Positions 18,461-27,006 of a stretch of 64,000 bases of DNA are shown piece after piece. The notes under the pieces were generated by a model that saw nothing but the letters and a program-made list of their open reading frames with translations, was not told where the DNA came from and made no database searches. This DNA comes from Candidatus Dormiibacterota bacterium (lineage in GTDB: Bacteria; Chloroflexota; Dormibacteria; Aeolococcales; Aeolococcaceae). The translations under genes were made by a program, and so were the position numbers. The first letter of the stretch is position 1; each line of letters begins with the position of its first letter. The stretch is taken from assembly GCA_963708605.1 (NCBI GenBank), contig CAVPTG010000004.1, positions 250,900 to 314,899 of the forward strand, given 5' to 3'.

Positions 18461-19843
18461 CTAAAGTGGTTGCGCGCGGCTCGGCGAACCCGACCAGCTC
18501 ACGCTGATGGCTCCGGTCAGGAGCGCGACCACCAGGAGCAACAGTGCCACAGAGGTGATCCCTCGACCGGACGCGAAGACCAGCGATGGCACTGCAACGC
18601 CGAGTGCCATGCCAAGCCCGCGCGCCATGTTCAGCAGGCCTCCGGCGGACCCCGCGCGCTCCCTGGGTGCCGCAAACATGGCCGCGGCGTTGTTCGCGGC
18701 CACGAACAGCCCCAAACCCGCTCCGATGACGGCCAGCGCACCCACCGTCAGGTGGGTGCGGGTGGCGGAGGCGGCGAGGAGCGCCATGCCCGCGGCGGTG
18801 ACGACCATGCCGAGACCGGTCGGCAGACGAGGCCCAACGCGGTCACGGATCGCGCCACCGAGCGGCGCGAACACCGCCAGTGCGATCGGCAGCGCGCTGA
18901 GCTCGAACCCGACCGCGAGCGGCCCGACGTGGAGCGTTCTCTCGAGGTGGAACGGGACGGAGACCAGGCAGCCGAAGAGGACGACGTACGACAGCATCGC
19001 CGCGACGATGCCGGCATCGAACGCGAGCACCCGGACCAGTGCGGCATCCACGACCGATCCCGGTGCTCGCTGCTGCCGCATCACCGCTCCGACGAGCAGG
19101 ACTCCGGCGAGCACGGCCAGGGCGGGCTCGGTCCACGGCGGCCTCCCGGGTTGCGCGGCGAACGACAGCGCCGCGAGCACGCACGCGGGGATCGCGGCGA
19201 GCAACAGGGTCCCGTAGGGGTCGATCCGGCTCATCGGGTCGTGATGGGTGCTCCGCGGCAGGAAGAGCCAGCCGAGCACGAGCCCGATCACTCCGAGCGG
19301 GATGTTGACCAGAAAGATGAGGCGCCAGCCGCCGAGCGCCGTGAGCGCGCCACCGGCGACCGGCCCGACGCAGAGTCCGACCGCCTGCGCTGCGCCCTGC
19401 ACCCCAAGGCCGGTACCCAGCCGACCAGGTGGCAGGAGGTCGCGGATGAGCGCGTATGAGTTCGCCTGGAGCATCACCGCGCCGACCGCCTGCACGAGCC
19501 GTCCCGCGACCAGGAGCCCGAGGGAGGGCGCCAGCGCACATGCCGCCGAGCCCGCCACGAAGATTCCGAAGCCGTACGTGTAGAGGAGCTTCCTGCCCAC
19601 GCGATCGGCGATCCTGCCCACCGCCGCGACCGTGCCCGCCAGGACGAGCACGTAGATGAGCACGACCCATTCGACACTTGCGATGGATGCGTGTAGGTTG
19701 GTGCGGATGTATGGAAGCGCGGTGGCGACGATGCTCGCGTCGAGCTGGCCCATGAACGCTCCCACGCAGACGGTCGCCACGGCGAGCCACGGAGCGGAGT
19801 GGAGCGCCCGGATGCGCGCGGGCCGTCGGGGCTCGGTCAGCAT
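18461..19843 (-). CDS. MFS transporter, DHA2 (EmrB/QacA) family
   Basis: GAFMGQLDASIVATALP motif D1, GRIADRVGRK motif A, GGWRLIFLVNIPLG motif H, about 14 hydrophobic segments. Start ATG 19843 is uncertain. Confidence 0.85.
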   Translation of the reverse strand: MLTEPRRPARIRALHSAPWLAVATVCVGAFMGQLDASIVATALPYIRTNLHASIASVEWVVLIYVLVLAGTVAAVGRIADRVGRKLLYTYGFGIFVAGSAACALAPSLGLLVAGRLVQAVGAVMLQANSYALIRDLLPPGRLGTGLGVQGAAQAVGLCVGPVAGGALTALGGWRLIFLVNIPLGVIGLVLGWLFLPRSTHHDPMSRIDPYGTLLLAAIPACVLAALSFAAQPGRPPWTEPALAVLAGVLLVGAVMRQQRAPGSVVDAALVRVLAFDAGIVAAMLSYVVLFGCLVSVPFHLERTLHVGPLAVGFELSALPIALAVFAPLGGAIRDRVGPRLPTGLGMVVTAAGMALLAASATRTHLTVGALAVIGAGLGLFVAANNAAAMFAAPRERAGSAGGLLNMARGLGMALGVAVPSLVFASGRGITSVALLLLVVALLTGAISVSWSGSPSRAQPL

Positions 19844-20073
19844 CCGGCTCCGGCGCGGCGCCTCTGGGTCAGACACGACCGTCCAGGCCTCGTTGCGCAC
19901 CGTGGTCAGGGGCGGCCGCCATCGCCACATCATCCAGCACCGCCGCGCCGGAAGCCGGGTTCGGTGCCTGATGTCTCCACCCGGTGACGGAACGATGGTC
20001 AGCGAGATCGAATCGATTCGGCGCTCGATACTGCGATGACGCACCTGTCCACGCGCCCGGGAGGCCGCAACCG

Positions 20074-20463
20074 TTGACCCAGCAGCGCATCCTTCTCGCT
20101 GACGACGAACCGCGCCTGCTGCACGTCGTCGGGCTGTATCTCAGCATGGAAGGATTCGAGGTCAGCGAGGCCTCCGACGGCAGCGAGGCGATCACGATGC
20201 TCGACAACGAGCAGTTCGACCTCGCCATCCTCGACGTGATGATGCCGGGCGTCGACGGGATCGAGGTGTGCCGGTATATCCGCTCGCAGCCTGCGACGCA
20301 ATCGATGCCTGTGCTGGTGTTCACCTCGCTGTCCGCCGACAAGGACGTGGAACGTGCGCGCCTTGCCGGCGCGAACCATCTGATCACCAAGCCCTTCAGC
20401 CTGCCGGGACTTGGGGCGGTGGTCCGCTCCTGCTTCGAGGACGCCCCCGCCCTCGCGGGCTGA
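20074..20463 (+). CDS. Stand-alone response regulator receiver (CheY-like)
   Basis: ILLADDE, LDVMMPG phospho-Asp, ITKPF; no output domain. TTG start after GGGAGG. Confidence 0.85.
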   Translation: MTQQRILLADDEPRLLHVVGLYLSMEGFEVSEASDGSEAITMLDNEQFDLAILDVMMPGVDGIEVCRYIRSQPATQSMPVLVFTSLSADKDVERARLAGANHLITKPFSLPGLGAVVRSCFEDAPALAG

Positions 20464-20478
20464 CCCCGGCGTTCCGGC

Positions 20479-21240
20479 CTACGCGATCGCCCGGGTGAAC
20501 CGGCGTGCACCGATCAGCACGCCGACCACGGCCAGCGCGGCCATGATCACGAGCCCCTCGAGCACGGCCTGGTCGAAGCCCTTCCCGTTGAAGAGATCGC
20601 GTGCCGCGTTCACCGCGTAGGAGAGCGGATTCGCCTTGGCGATGTCCTGCAGCCATCCCGGCGCCAGGTCGAGCGGCAGAAGTACGCCGCTGAGGAGGAG
20701 CAGGGGCAGCGAGAGCGTGAAGATGAGCGGCGCGTAGGAGTCCTCGCTCTTCAACGCGAGCGCTGCGGCATAGGCAAGCGACGACATGCCGAGGCCGATC
20801 AGCGCCACCAGTCCGAGCATGACGATGACGCCGACAACCGTCGGCTGCAAACCGAAGGGAATGGCGAGGAGCAGGAGGATGAGCGACTGCACCACGAGCG
20901 TCAGGATGTCGCGGAGCGCGCGGCCGAGCAGCAACGCAAACCTGCTGACCGGGGTCACGCGGAAGCGCTCGATGACGCCGGCGCGAAGCTCGGCGATGAG
21001 GCCGAATCCCACGCCGCTCGCGCCGAACAAGCCGAGCTGGATGAGCAGTCCCGGCACGAATACGTTATATGCGCCGCCGGCGGGGAACCCCGGTACCTGG
21101 ACGAGCGATTTCAGCAGGGGCGCGAAGAGCACGAGGTAGAGGAGCGGCTGGATGACGCCGATGGCCACCCACGCCGGATTGCGAAGGAAGACGAGCAGAT
21201 ATCGGTGGAACATCAGCCAGGTGTCTTTGAGCAGCTTCAT
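20479..21240 (-). CDS. ABC-2 type exporter permease (DrrB-like)
   Basis: Six TM segments; GVIERFRVTPVSR, LLLSGVLLPL, ANPLSYAVNAAR. Confidence 0.85.
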   Translation of the reverse strand: MKLLKDTWLMFHRYLLVFLRNPAWVAIGVIQPLLYLVLFAPLLKSLVQVPGFPAGGAYNVFVPGLLIQLGLFGASGVGFGLIAELRAGVIERFRVTPVSRFALLLGRALRDILTLVVQSLILLLLAIPFGLQPTVVGVIVMLGLVALIGLGMSSLAYAAALALKSEDSYAPLIFTLSLPLLLLSGVLLPLDLAPGWLQDIAKANPLSYAVNAARDLFNGKGFDQAVLEGLVIMAALAVVGVLIGARRFTRAIA

Positions 21241-21251
21241 GTCGATCCCTC

Positions 21252-22196
21252 CTACGCGGCTTCACGGAGCGAGCGCCCGGTCTGACGCAGGAACACGTCG
21301 TCGAGGCTCGGGCGGTTCAGTGACAGTGATGCGAGCGGGATGCCCGCGGAGTCGAGCACGCGAATGATCTGAGGCATCGCGGTCTCGCCGCGGTCGACGT
21401 AGAGACGCACGAGGCTGTCGGCGGTGGTCGCCTCGCGAACGAACGGCTGACCGCTCAGGAGCTCGAGCACCCTGTCGCTTGCGTGCTCCGTACCCACGAC
21501 GATGACGTCGCCGGCGACCTGACGCTTCAGGTCATCGGGTGTGCCCAGCGCGACGATCTTGCCGTGGTCGATGATCGCGATGCGGTCGGACAGCGCATCC
21601 GCCTCCTCGAGGTAGTGCGTCGTGAGGAACACCGTCGTGCCGGTGTCGCGCAGCCTGCGCACCTCATCCCACATCCGCGCCCTGCTCTGGGGATCGAGGC
21701 CGGTGGTGGGCTCGTCGAGGAAGAGCAGCTGGGGCAGGTGCATGAGCCCGACGCCGATGTCGAGACGGCGCTTCTGCCCCCCGGAGTAGGTCTTGACCGG
21801 CCGGTCCGCGCAGTCTTCGAGCTCGAGCGACTCGATGAGCTCGGCCGCGCGCGCAACCGCACGCTGCTTGCTCATGCCGTAGAGACGTCCCTGGATGATC
21901 AGCTCGGTGCGGCCGGGGATCTCGGGAGCGCTGCTTCCTTCCTGGCTGACATAGCCGATGACATAGCGCACCCTGGCGGGATCGCGCCGGAGGTCGAACC
22001 CCGCGACGGTTGCCTCGCCGCTGGTCGGTGGCAGGAGCGTCGAAAGCATCCGGAGCGTCGTCGTCTTGCCCGCACCGTTGGGCCCGAGGAAGCCGAAGAT
22101 CTCGCCCTTCTTGACGTCGAGATCGACCCCGGCGACGGCTTCGACGGGCCCCCGTCGTGACTTGAACGTCTTTCGAAGATTGTGTGTCTCGATCAC
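21252..22196 (-). CDS. ABC exporter ATP-binding protein (DrrA-like)
   Basis: GPNGAGKTT, YSGGQKRRL, LFLDEPTTGLDP, TTHYLEEAD. GTG at 22196 overlaps the PadR stop; SD GGAGGAGG. Confidence 0.9.
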   Translation of the reverse strand: MIETHNLRKTFKSRRGPVEAVAGVDLDVKKGEIFGFLGPNGAGKTTTLRMLSTLLPPTSGEATVAGFDLRRDPARVRYVIGYVSQEGSSAPEIPGRTELIIQGRLYGMSKQRAVARAAELIESLELEDCADRPVKTYSGGQKRRLDIGVGLMHLPQLLFLDEPTTGLDPQSRARMWDEVRRLRDTGTTVFLTTHYLEEADALSDRIAIIDHGKIVALGTPDDLKRQVAGDVIVVGTEHASDRVLELLSGQPFVREATTADSLVRLYVDRGETAMPQIIRVLDSAGIPLASLSLNRPSLDDVFLRQTGRSLREAA

Positions 22197-22900
22197 GGTG
22201 CCTCCTCCCTGGTGGTCGATGCGGGCCCTCGCTCGCGATGGAGCAACGTCGCGAGGTGGTTGTCCCGGTGGCGGTTGCGACGTTCGGCGTCGGCGGCGTG
22301 CATGGCCGCGAAATGCGCTCTGATCAGCTCTTCGTTCCACACCAGAACACCCCGCTGCATGTCGGCGAGGATTCCACGGATCCAGTCGACCTCCGCCGTG
22401 GCCAGCGCCATCGCATGTTCCAGCTCGAGCAGGACGAGCCTGGGGAGACCGAGATCGTCCTGGGCCATGCTGAGGGTTGCGCCGAGAGCGGAGACCCGTG
22501 CCCGAAGCGAGACGACGCGGCTAGCGAGCGCGGTCTCGGCCCGCTCCTGCGTTATGTAGCCGAGCAGTCCCACGGCGACCCGGAAGACCGGCGTCTCGTC
22601 GATGGGCGTGGAGAGCAGATCGGCAAGCCAATTCTCGAGTTCCTCGCTCCCTTCCGGGGTGATCCGGTAGACCGTTCGCTCCGGCCTCCTGCCCTCACGG
22701 CTCGTCTCGAGCGGCTCGATGTACCCGGCCGCCTCGAGCTCCTCGATTGCCCGGTAGAGGCTGCGCGTCTTGCCGACGGCGTAGGCCTTGTGGCGTTCCT
22801 TCAGGAGTTGCTGGAGCTCATACGGATGGCACGGCTGCTCGCTGAGCAGGCCGAGCGTGGTGAGGGCGACCATGTCCTTCGGCTGCGTGCGGATTTCCAT
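22193..22900 (-). CDS. PadR family transcriptional regulator
   Basis: LGLLSEQPCHPYEL, SLYRAIEELEAAGYI, RPERTVYRITPEG. The -10 TATAGT is at 22918-22913. Confidence 0.85.
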   Translation of the reverse strand: MEIRTQPKDMVALTTLGLLSEQPCHPYELQQLLKERHKAYAVGKTRSLYRAIEELEAAGYIEPLETSREGRRPERTVYRITPEGSEELENWLADLLSTPIDETPVFRVAVGLLGYITQERAETALASRVVSLRARVSALGATLSMAQDDLGLPRLVLLELEHAMALATAEVDWIRGILADMQRGVLVWNEELIRAHFAAMHAADAERRNRHRDNHLATLLHRERGPASTTREEAP

Positions 22901-22944
22901 ATTGCGTTCCGCACTATAGCACGATGCCATCCGAGACGCCGGTC

Positions 22945-24160
22945 TCAGTCCACGCAGTGTCTGGCGACCTCGTGGTGGTCCTGTAGGTACTCCCGGATCG
23001 CCATCAGCGCGGCGATGCCGTCGCCGACCGCAGATCCGAGCTGCTTCGTGGAGCCGCGGCGCACGTCGCCGGCAGCGAACACCCCGGGCATCGAGGTGGT
23101 GAAACCGCCTTTGTCGTCGACGAATCCGCGCCCATCGAGGTCGACGCTGCCGCGGAGGAATGCGGTGTTGGGGTCGAGCCCGATGAACACGAACGCCGCG
23201 CGCGGCGTGATCACCTGTTCCTCACCGGTGGCACGGTCTCGAATGCGTACCGACTCCAGATGTCCCTTGCCGGCGAGCTCGGTGACCTCGGTATTCCGAT
23301 GCACCACAAAGCGCGGGTCGTTGTTGATCTTGTCCTGGAGGAGGCGCGACGCGGTGAGCTCGGGCTCCCGCTGGACGATGCGGACTCGCTCGGCGAATTT
23401 GAGGAGGAAGAGAATTCTCCTCGAGCGCCGAGTTTCCGCCACCGATGACCAGAAGCTCCTCGGCGCCGCGGTAGAAGGGGCCGTCGCAGGTGGCGCAGAA
23501 ATGCACACCGGCGCCGATCAGGTCCTCCTCACCCGGGACGCCGAGACGCCGGTACGACGACCCGGTCGCGATCAGCACCGCATGGCTCTCGATCTCCTGC
23601 CCGCCGGCCAGTCGCAGGCAGATGTCGCCGGCCTCAGCACCCTCGGCGGTGACCTGATCGACGCTCACGGCGCTGAGCAATTCGACCTCGTAACGACGCG
23701 CCTGTGCGATGAATCGCTCGGCGAGGTCCGCACCGCCAACGCCTTCGGGGAAGCCGGGATAGTTGTCGATGCGCTCGGTGACGCCGGCCTGGCCGCCGAG
23801 CCCGCTGCGTTCGATCACCACGGCGTCAATGCCTTCTCGGGCCGCATAGATCGCGGCGGCGAGCCCGGCCGGGCCGCCGCCGATGATCGCGAGGTCGTAG
23901 CAGCTCCGCTTCGCCTCGAGGGTGAGCCCGAGCTTGCGCGCCAGCACCTCGTTGGTGGGATCGATGAGCACCTCGGAACCGTCGAAGACGACGGTCGGAA
24001 TCGTGCGGCCGCCCTGCTGCAGCTCCTCGACGTGCTTGAGCGCGACCGCGTCCTGGTCGATGTCGACCCAGTCGTAGGGCACGCGCTGCTCCGCGAGGAA
24101 TCGCTTCGCGCGCTTGCAGTCCGGGCACCACGGAGCGCCATAGACGGTGATCTGCGACAT
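22945..24160 (-). CDS. trxB: Glutaredoxin-like domain fused N-terminally to thioredoxin reductase (one apparent +1 frameshift at about 23414)
   Basis: N-terminal YGAPWCPDC...TIPTV; then IIGGGPAG, CATCDG, GGGNSALEE, FVFIGLDPNT, FAAGDV. The frames rejoin on removing one base of GAATTC (23412-23417). Confidence 0.85.
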
Positions 24161-24666
24161 CAGGTGAGCTTCGAGAGATCGGCGCTGATGCCGGCCAGGG
24201 TGCCGAGGAAGCGATCGACGATCCGGCCCTTGGCATTGATGACGATCAACGTCGGTGGATCGATCACGTTGTACTCGGAGGTGATCAGCTCGTTGGCATC
24301 ATTCACGCTGGCATACGGCACCTTGTACGTGCGTTCGTAGGCGGCGCCGTTGGCGACGGGGTCCTGCTCGTCGACGCCGAGGAAGATCACGCCTTTCGGC
24401 ATCCACTGCGCCGCCAGCTTGTTGAGGTCGGGCTGCTCCTTGTTGCACGGGCCGCACCACGAACCCCAGAAGTCGAGCACGACGACGTGCCCATGAGTCG
24501 ACGACCACGAGAACTGGGAGCCCGTCAGCGTGGGGGCCGTGATCGGGGTCGCCGGGCCCACCGGACCGTTGCCCGTGATCGGCACGGAGCCCAGGTCCTG
24601 CTGCAGCCCGCACCCGGCCAGCGTCAGCGCCGCCGCGATCCCGGCCGCAAGCATTGCGCCCTTCAC
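24160..24666 (-). CDS. TlpA/ResA-family thiol-disulfide oxidoreductase lipoprotein
   Basis: Lipobox LAGC, VLDFWGSWCGPC, cis-Pro region DPPTLIVI. Confidence 0.85.
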   Translation of the reverse strand: MKGAMLAAGIAAALTLAGCGLQQDLGSVPITGNGPVGPATPITAPTLTGSQFSWSSTHGHVVVLDFWGSWCGPCNKEQPDLNKLAAQWMPKGVIFLGVDEQDPVANGAAYERTYKVPYASVNDANELITSEYNVIDPPTLIVINAKGRIVDRFLGTLAGISADLSKLT

Positions 24667-25490
24667 GGGGTGACCGCCAGGTCCTCGAGCACCAGCCGCG
24701 CCAGGTTCTGGTCACCTTCGACGACAACGCGAGCGCGAGCGCCGGGGTCGTCGGCTCGGCCACAGGAGAGAACCGTCAGCGTGGGCAGGTCGAGCCGGAG
24801 TGTCGCCGCCCGTGAGTCGGGAATCGTGGCCCCCGACCGCCCGCGTTCACCGTCGAACGTGATCGCCCGGACCGCTCCTCCTGGACCGGTGACATCGAAC
24901 ACGATGACCGTCCCTGCCGAGGGCGTCATGCGCTCCTGGAGCTCGTAAGCCGCGCCCATCAACATCCGCTCGCGGCTGTGCGCCGCCGCGACGCTCTCGA
25001 ACCCGCCGGGCTCGCCGAGCGCGCGACGGATGTCCTGTTCGTGGGCCCAGAGATCGAACACTCGGATGGCGAGCAGTGAGCGGACCTTCGACTCGCCGAA
25101 GAAGCCACGGCCCATCTCGTCGAGCTGCGAATCGGTCAGCGCGGCGAGGCGGATCAGCCGCTCCGCGGTCACCGCGCGGTACTCGGCGAGGAGGTCGCGC
25201 AACGGCACATCGCGCCGGGCGTCGACGCCGATCTCCATGAAGGAGCCGGGCTGGTTGCGGATGTAGGGCAGCCCTTCCGGCGGGGCGTGCTCGACCCGCG
25301 GTCGCCCGATGAGGATGCTCTCCAGGTCGGTGATGTGAGCCACATGATCGCGCACGGTCCAGCCCGGACAGCCGGTCGGGAGCAGCGCGCGCTCGTCGTC
25401 GAGCCCTTCCGCGAGCGTGCCGACATCCGAGAAGATCTCGGCGTAGGCGCTGCGGAAGCCATCCGCAGTCGTGATATTCCCGCTCTCCAT
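24663..25490 (-). CDS. Maleylpyruvate isomerase-like (MDMPI/DinB superfamily) thiol-dependent enzyme
   Basis: PTGCPGWTVRDHVAHI, RVFDLWAHEQDIRRALG, SCP2-like C-terminal domain. ATG lies 8 nt after TAGGCT. Confidence 0.8.
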   Translation of the reverse strand: MESGNITTADGFRSAYAEIFSDVGTLAEGLDDERALLPTGCPGWTVRDHVAHITDLESILIGRPRVEHAPPEGLPYIRNQPGSFMEIGVDARRDVPLRDLLAEYRAVTAERLIRLAALTDSQLDEMGRGFFGESKVRSLLAIRVFDLWAHEQDIRRALGEPGGFESVAAAHSRERMLMGAAYELQERMTPSAGTVIVFDVTGPGGAVRAITFDGERGRSGATIPDSRAATLRLDLPTLTVLSCGRADDPGARARVVVEGDQNLARLVLEDLAVTP

Positions 25491-25527
25491 CGACGTGCAG
25501 CCTAGCGCGTCGCCACAATCAATCGCG

Positions 25528-26265
25528 ATGCCACGAGGTGCAGAAGCCGGCAGCGCCGCCGGCATGACCGCGGTCAACTCGTCGGGGTTTCCGGCCCCGG
25601 CGGGGATCTATGCCGTACCCGTGGTGCTCGCGCCCCTGTCCGGGCGGTTGCACGTGCTGCTCGTGCAACGGGCGGAGGCGCCCTTTGCGGGGACGTGGGT
25701 GCTCCCCGGCGGGTTCATGAGCCCGAGCGAGCGGCCCGAGGAGACCGCCCAGCGCAAGCTCACCGAGAAGACGGGTGTGGGCGCTGTCTACCTCGAGCAG
25801 CTCGAGACCTATGGGGACCCGGAGCGCGACCCGCGCGGATGGATTCCCACGGTCGCCTACCTCGCCCTCATCGACGCCGCGGTGCTCCGGGCAGACGAGT
25901 TCAGCGCGCGCTGGGAACCGGTCGACGCGCTCCCGCCTCTCGGCTTCGATCACGCCCGGATCGTCGTCGATGCCGTCGAGCGCCTCCGCGGCAAGCTCTG
26001 GTGGTCGAATATCGCGGTCGGTCTGCTCCCGGAACGATTCACCATGCCGCAGGCGAGGCGGGTGTTCGAGGCGATCAGCGGCGTCACCTACGAGCCGTCG
26101 AATTTCCGTCGCGAGCTCGAGCAGTCAGGCCTGGTGCGGGCCACCGGCACGCTCGCCAAAGGAGGGCCGGGACGCCCTGCCGCGATGTACGAGTTCGTCG
26201 AGCGTCAGCCCGCCTGGAGCCTTCGTCGTTCGCGTCCACCGGCGATGCTGCGCCACCGAACCTGA
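25528..26265 (+). CDS. NUDIX-wHTH protein (NrtR-like regulator/ADP-ribose hydrolase)
   Basis: WVLPGGF, a degenerate Nudix box (ETAQRKLTEKTG), LEQLETYGDPERDPRG, GFDHARI, FTMPQARRVFEAI, NFRR, GRPAAMY. Confidence 0.8.
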   Translation: MPRGAEAGSAAGMTAVNSSGFPAPAGIYAVPVVLAPLSGRLHVLLVQRAEAPFAGTWVLPGGFMSPSERPEETAQRKLTEKTGVGAVYLEQLETYGDPERDPRGWIPTVAYLALIDAAVLRADEFSARWEPVDALPPLGFDHARIVVDAVERLRGKLWWSNIAVGLLPERFTMPQARRVFEAISGVTYEPSNFRRELEQSGLVRATGTLAKGGPGRPAAMYEFVERQPAWSLRRSRPPAMLRHRT

Positions 26266-26362
26266 CCAGGCGGCACGCTCAACTCCCGCAATTCGTTTCC
26301 CATCGTTCACGATACCGCGCAGTTGGGCGCCCACCTCCAGCACCCACGCGAGGAGATCTGAC

Positions 26363-26896
26363 ATGACCGACCAGCCCGTCCCACCGGCACCGAGCCCGGC
26401 ACCCGTATCGGTCCCCAAGGTCGAGGAGCTGTTCCACCGCGTTGAGCATCCGCGCATCGCACAGCGCAGGAACGAGAAGCCGGTCAAGGTTAAGGACGAA
26501 AGCGTCGGAATCAACGGTAAGGTCGCGCTGATCATCACCGCAGTCGTCGGAACGATGTGGTGCGCCTATCTCTTCACGCTCATCGCACTCATCTCGCTGC
26601 CGTCGGCGATCCAGAGTGGCCAGGCGATCGTCATCGTTGCGTGGGTCGCCCAGACGTTCATCCAGTTGGTCCTGCTGCCGATCATCATCGTCGGGCAGAA
26701 CATCCAGGGCAAGGCGTCCGACAAGCGCTCCGAGCAGACCTACAAGGACGCAGAGGCAATCCTCAGCGAATGCCTGCAGTTGCAGGCGCACCTTCAGGCG
26801 CAGGACACCGTGCTCGACGAGGTGATCACCCACGTCAAGCAGCATCATGCGGAGTTGCAGCGGCTCGCCGCGAGGGTCGGCCCCGCTAAGGCGTGA
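26363..26896 (+). CDS. Membrane protein, DUF1003-like
   Basis: Two TM segments followed by QLVLLPIIIVGQN and a coiled-coil tail; SD GAGGAG. Confidence 0.6.
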   Translation: MTDQPVPPAPSPAPVSVPKVEELFHRVEHPRIAQRRNEKPVKVKDESVGINGKVALIITAVVGTMWCAYLFTLIALISLPSAIQSGQAIVIVAWVAQTFIQLVLLPIIIVGQNIQGKASDKRSEQTYKDAEAILSECLQLQAHLQAQDTVLDEVITHVKQHHAELQRLAARVGPAKA

Positions 26897-27006
26897 CGTC
26901 GTCGCGTGGCACCGCGGACGAAGGCTCGATCGTGCGTCGGGTGGGCGTGCGCCGAGGTCTAGCGTGAACGGGTGCCGTGGGATCACGCCAGCGCGTTCGC
27001 GACGCC

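Noticed and set aside
19844-19990. Fluoride or guanidine riboswitch before the MFS gene
   Set aside because: GGCGATGG is present on the minus strand, but the downstream CTGATGAC block and the guanidine-class consensus elements are missing.
5159-24666. Selenocysteine or stop-codon recoding in the redox enzymes
   Set aside because: MsrA, MsrB, the Grx-TrxB fusion and TlpA all have ordinary Cys codons at catalytic positions. The ORF breaks are frameshifts, not in-frame TGA.
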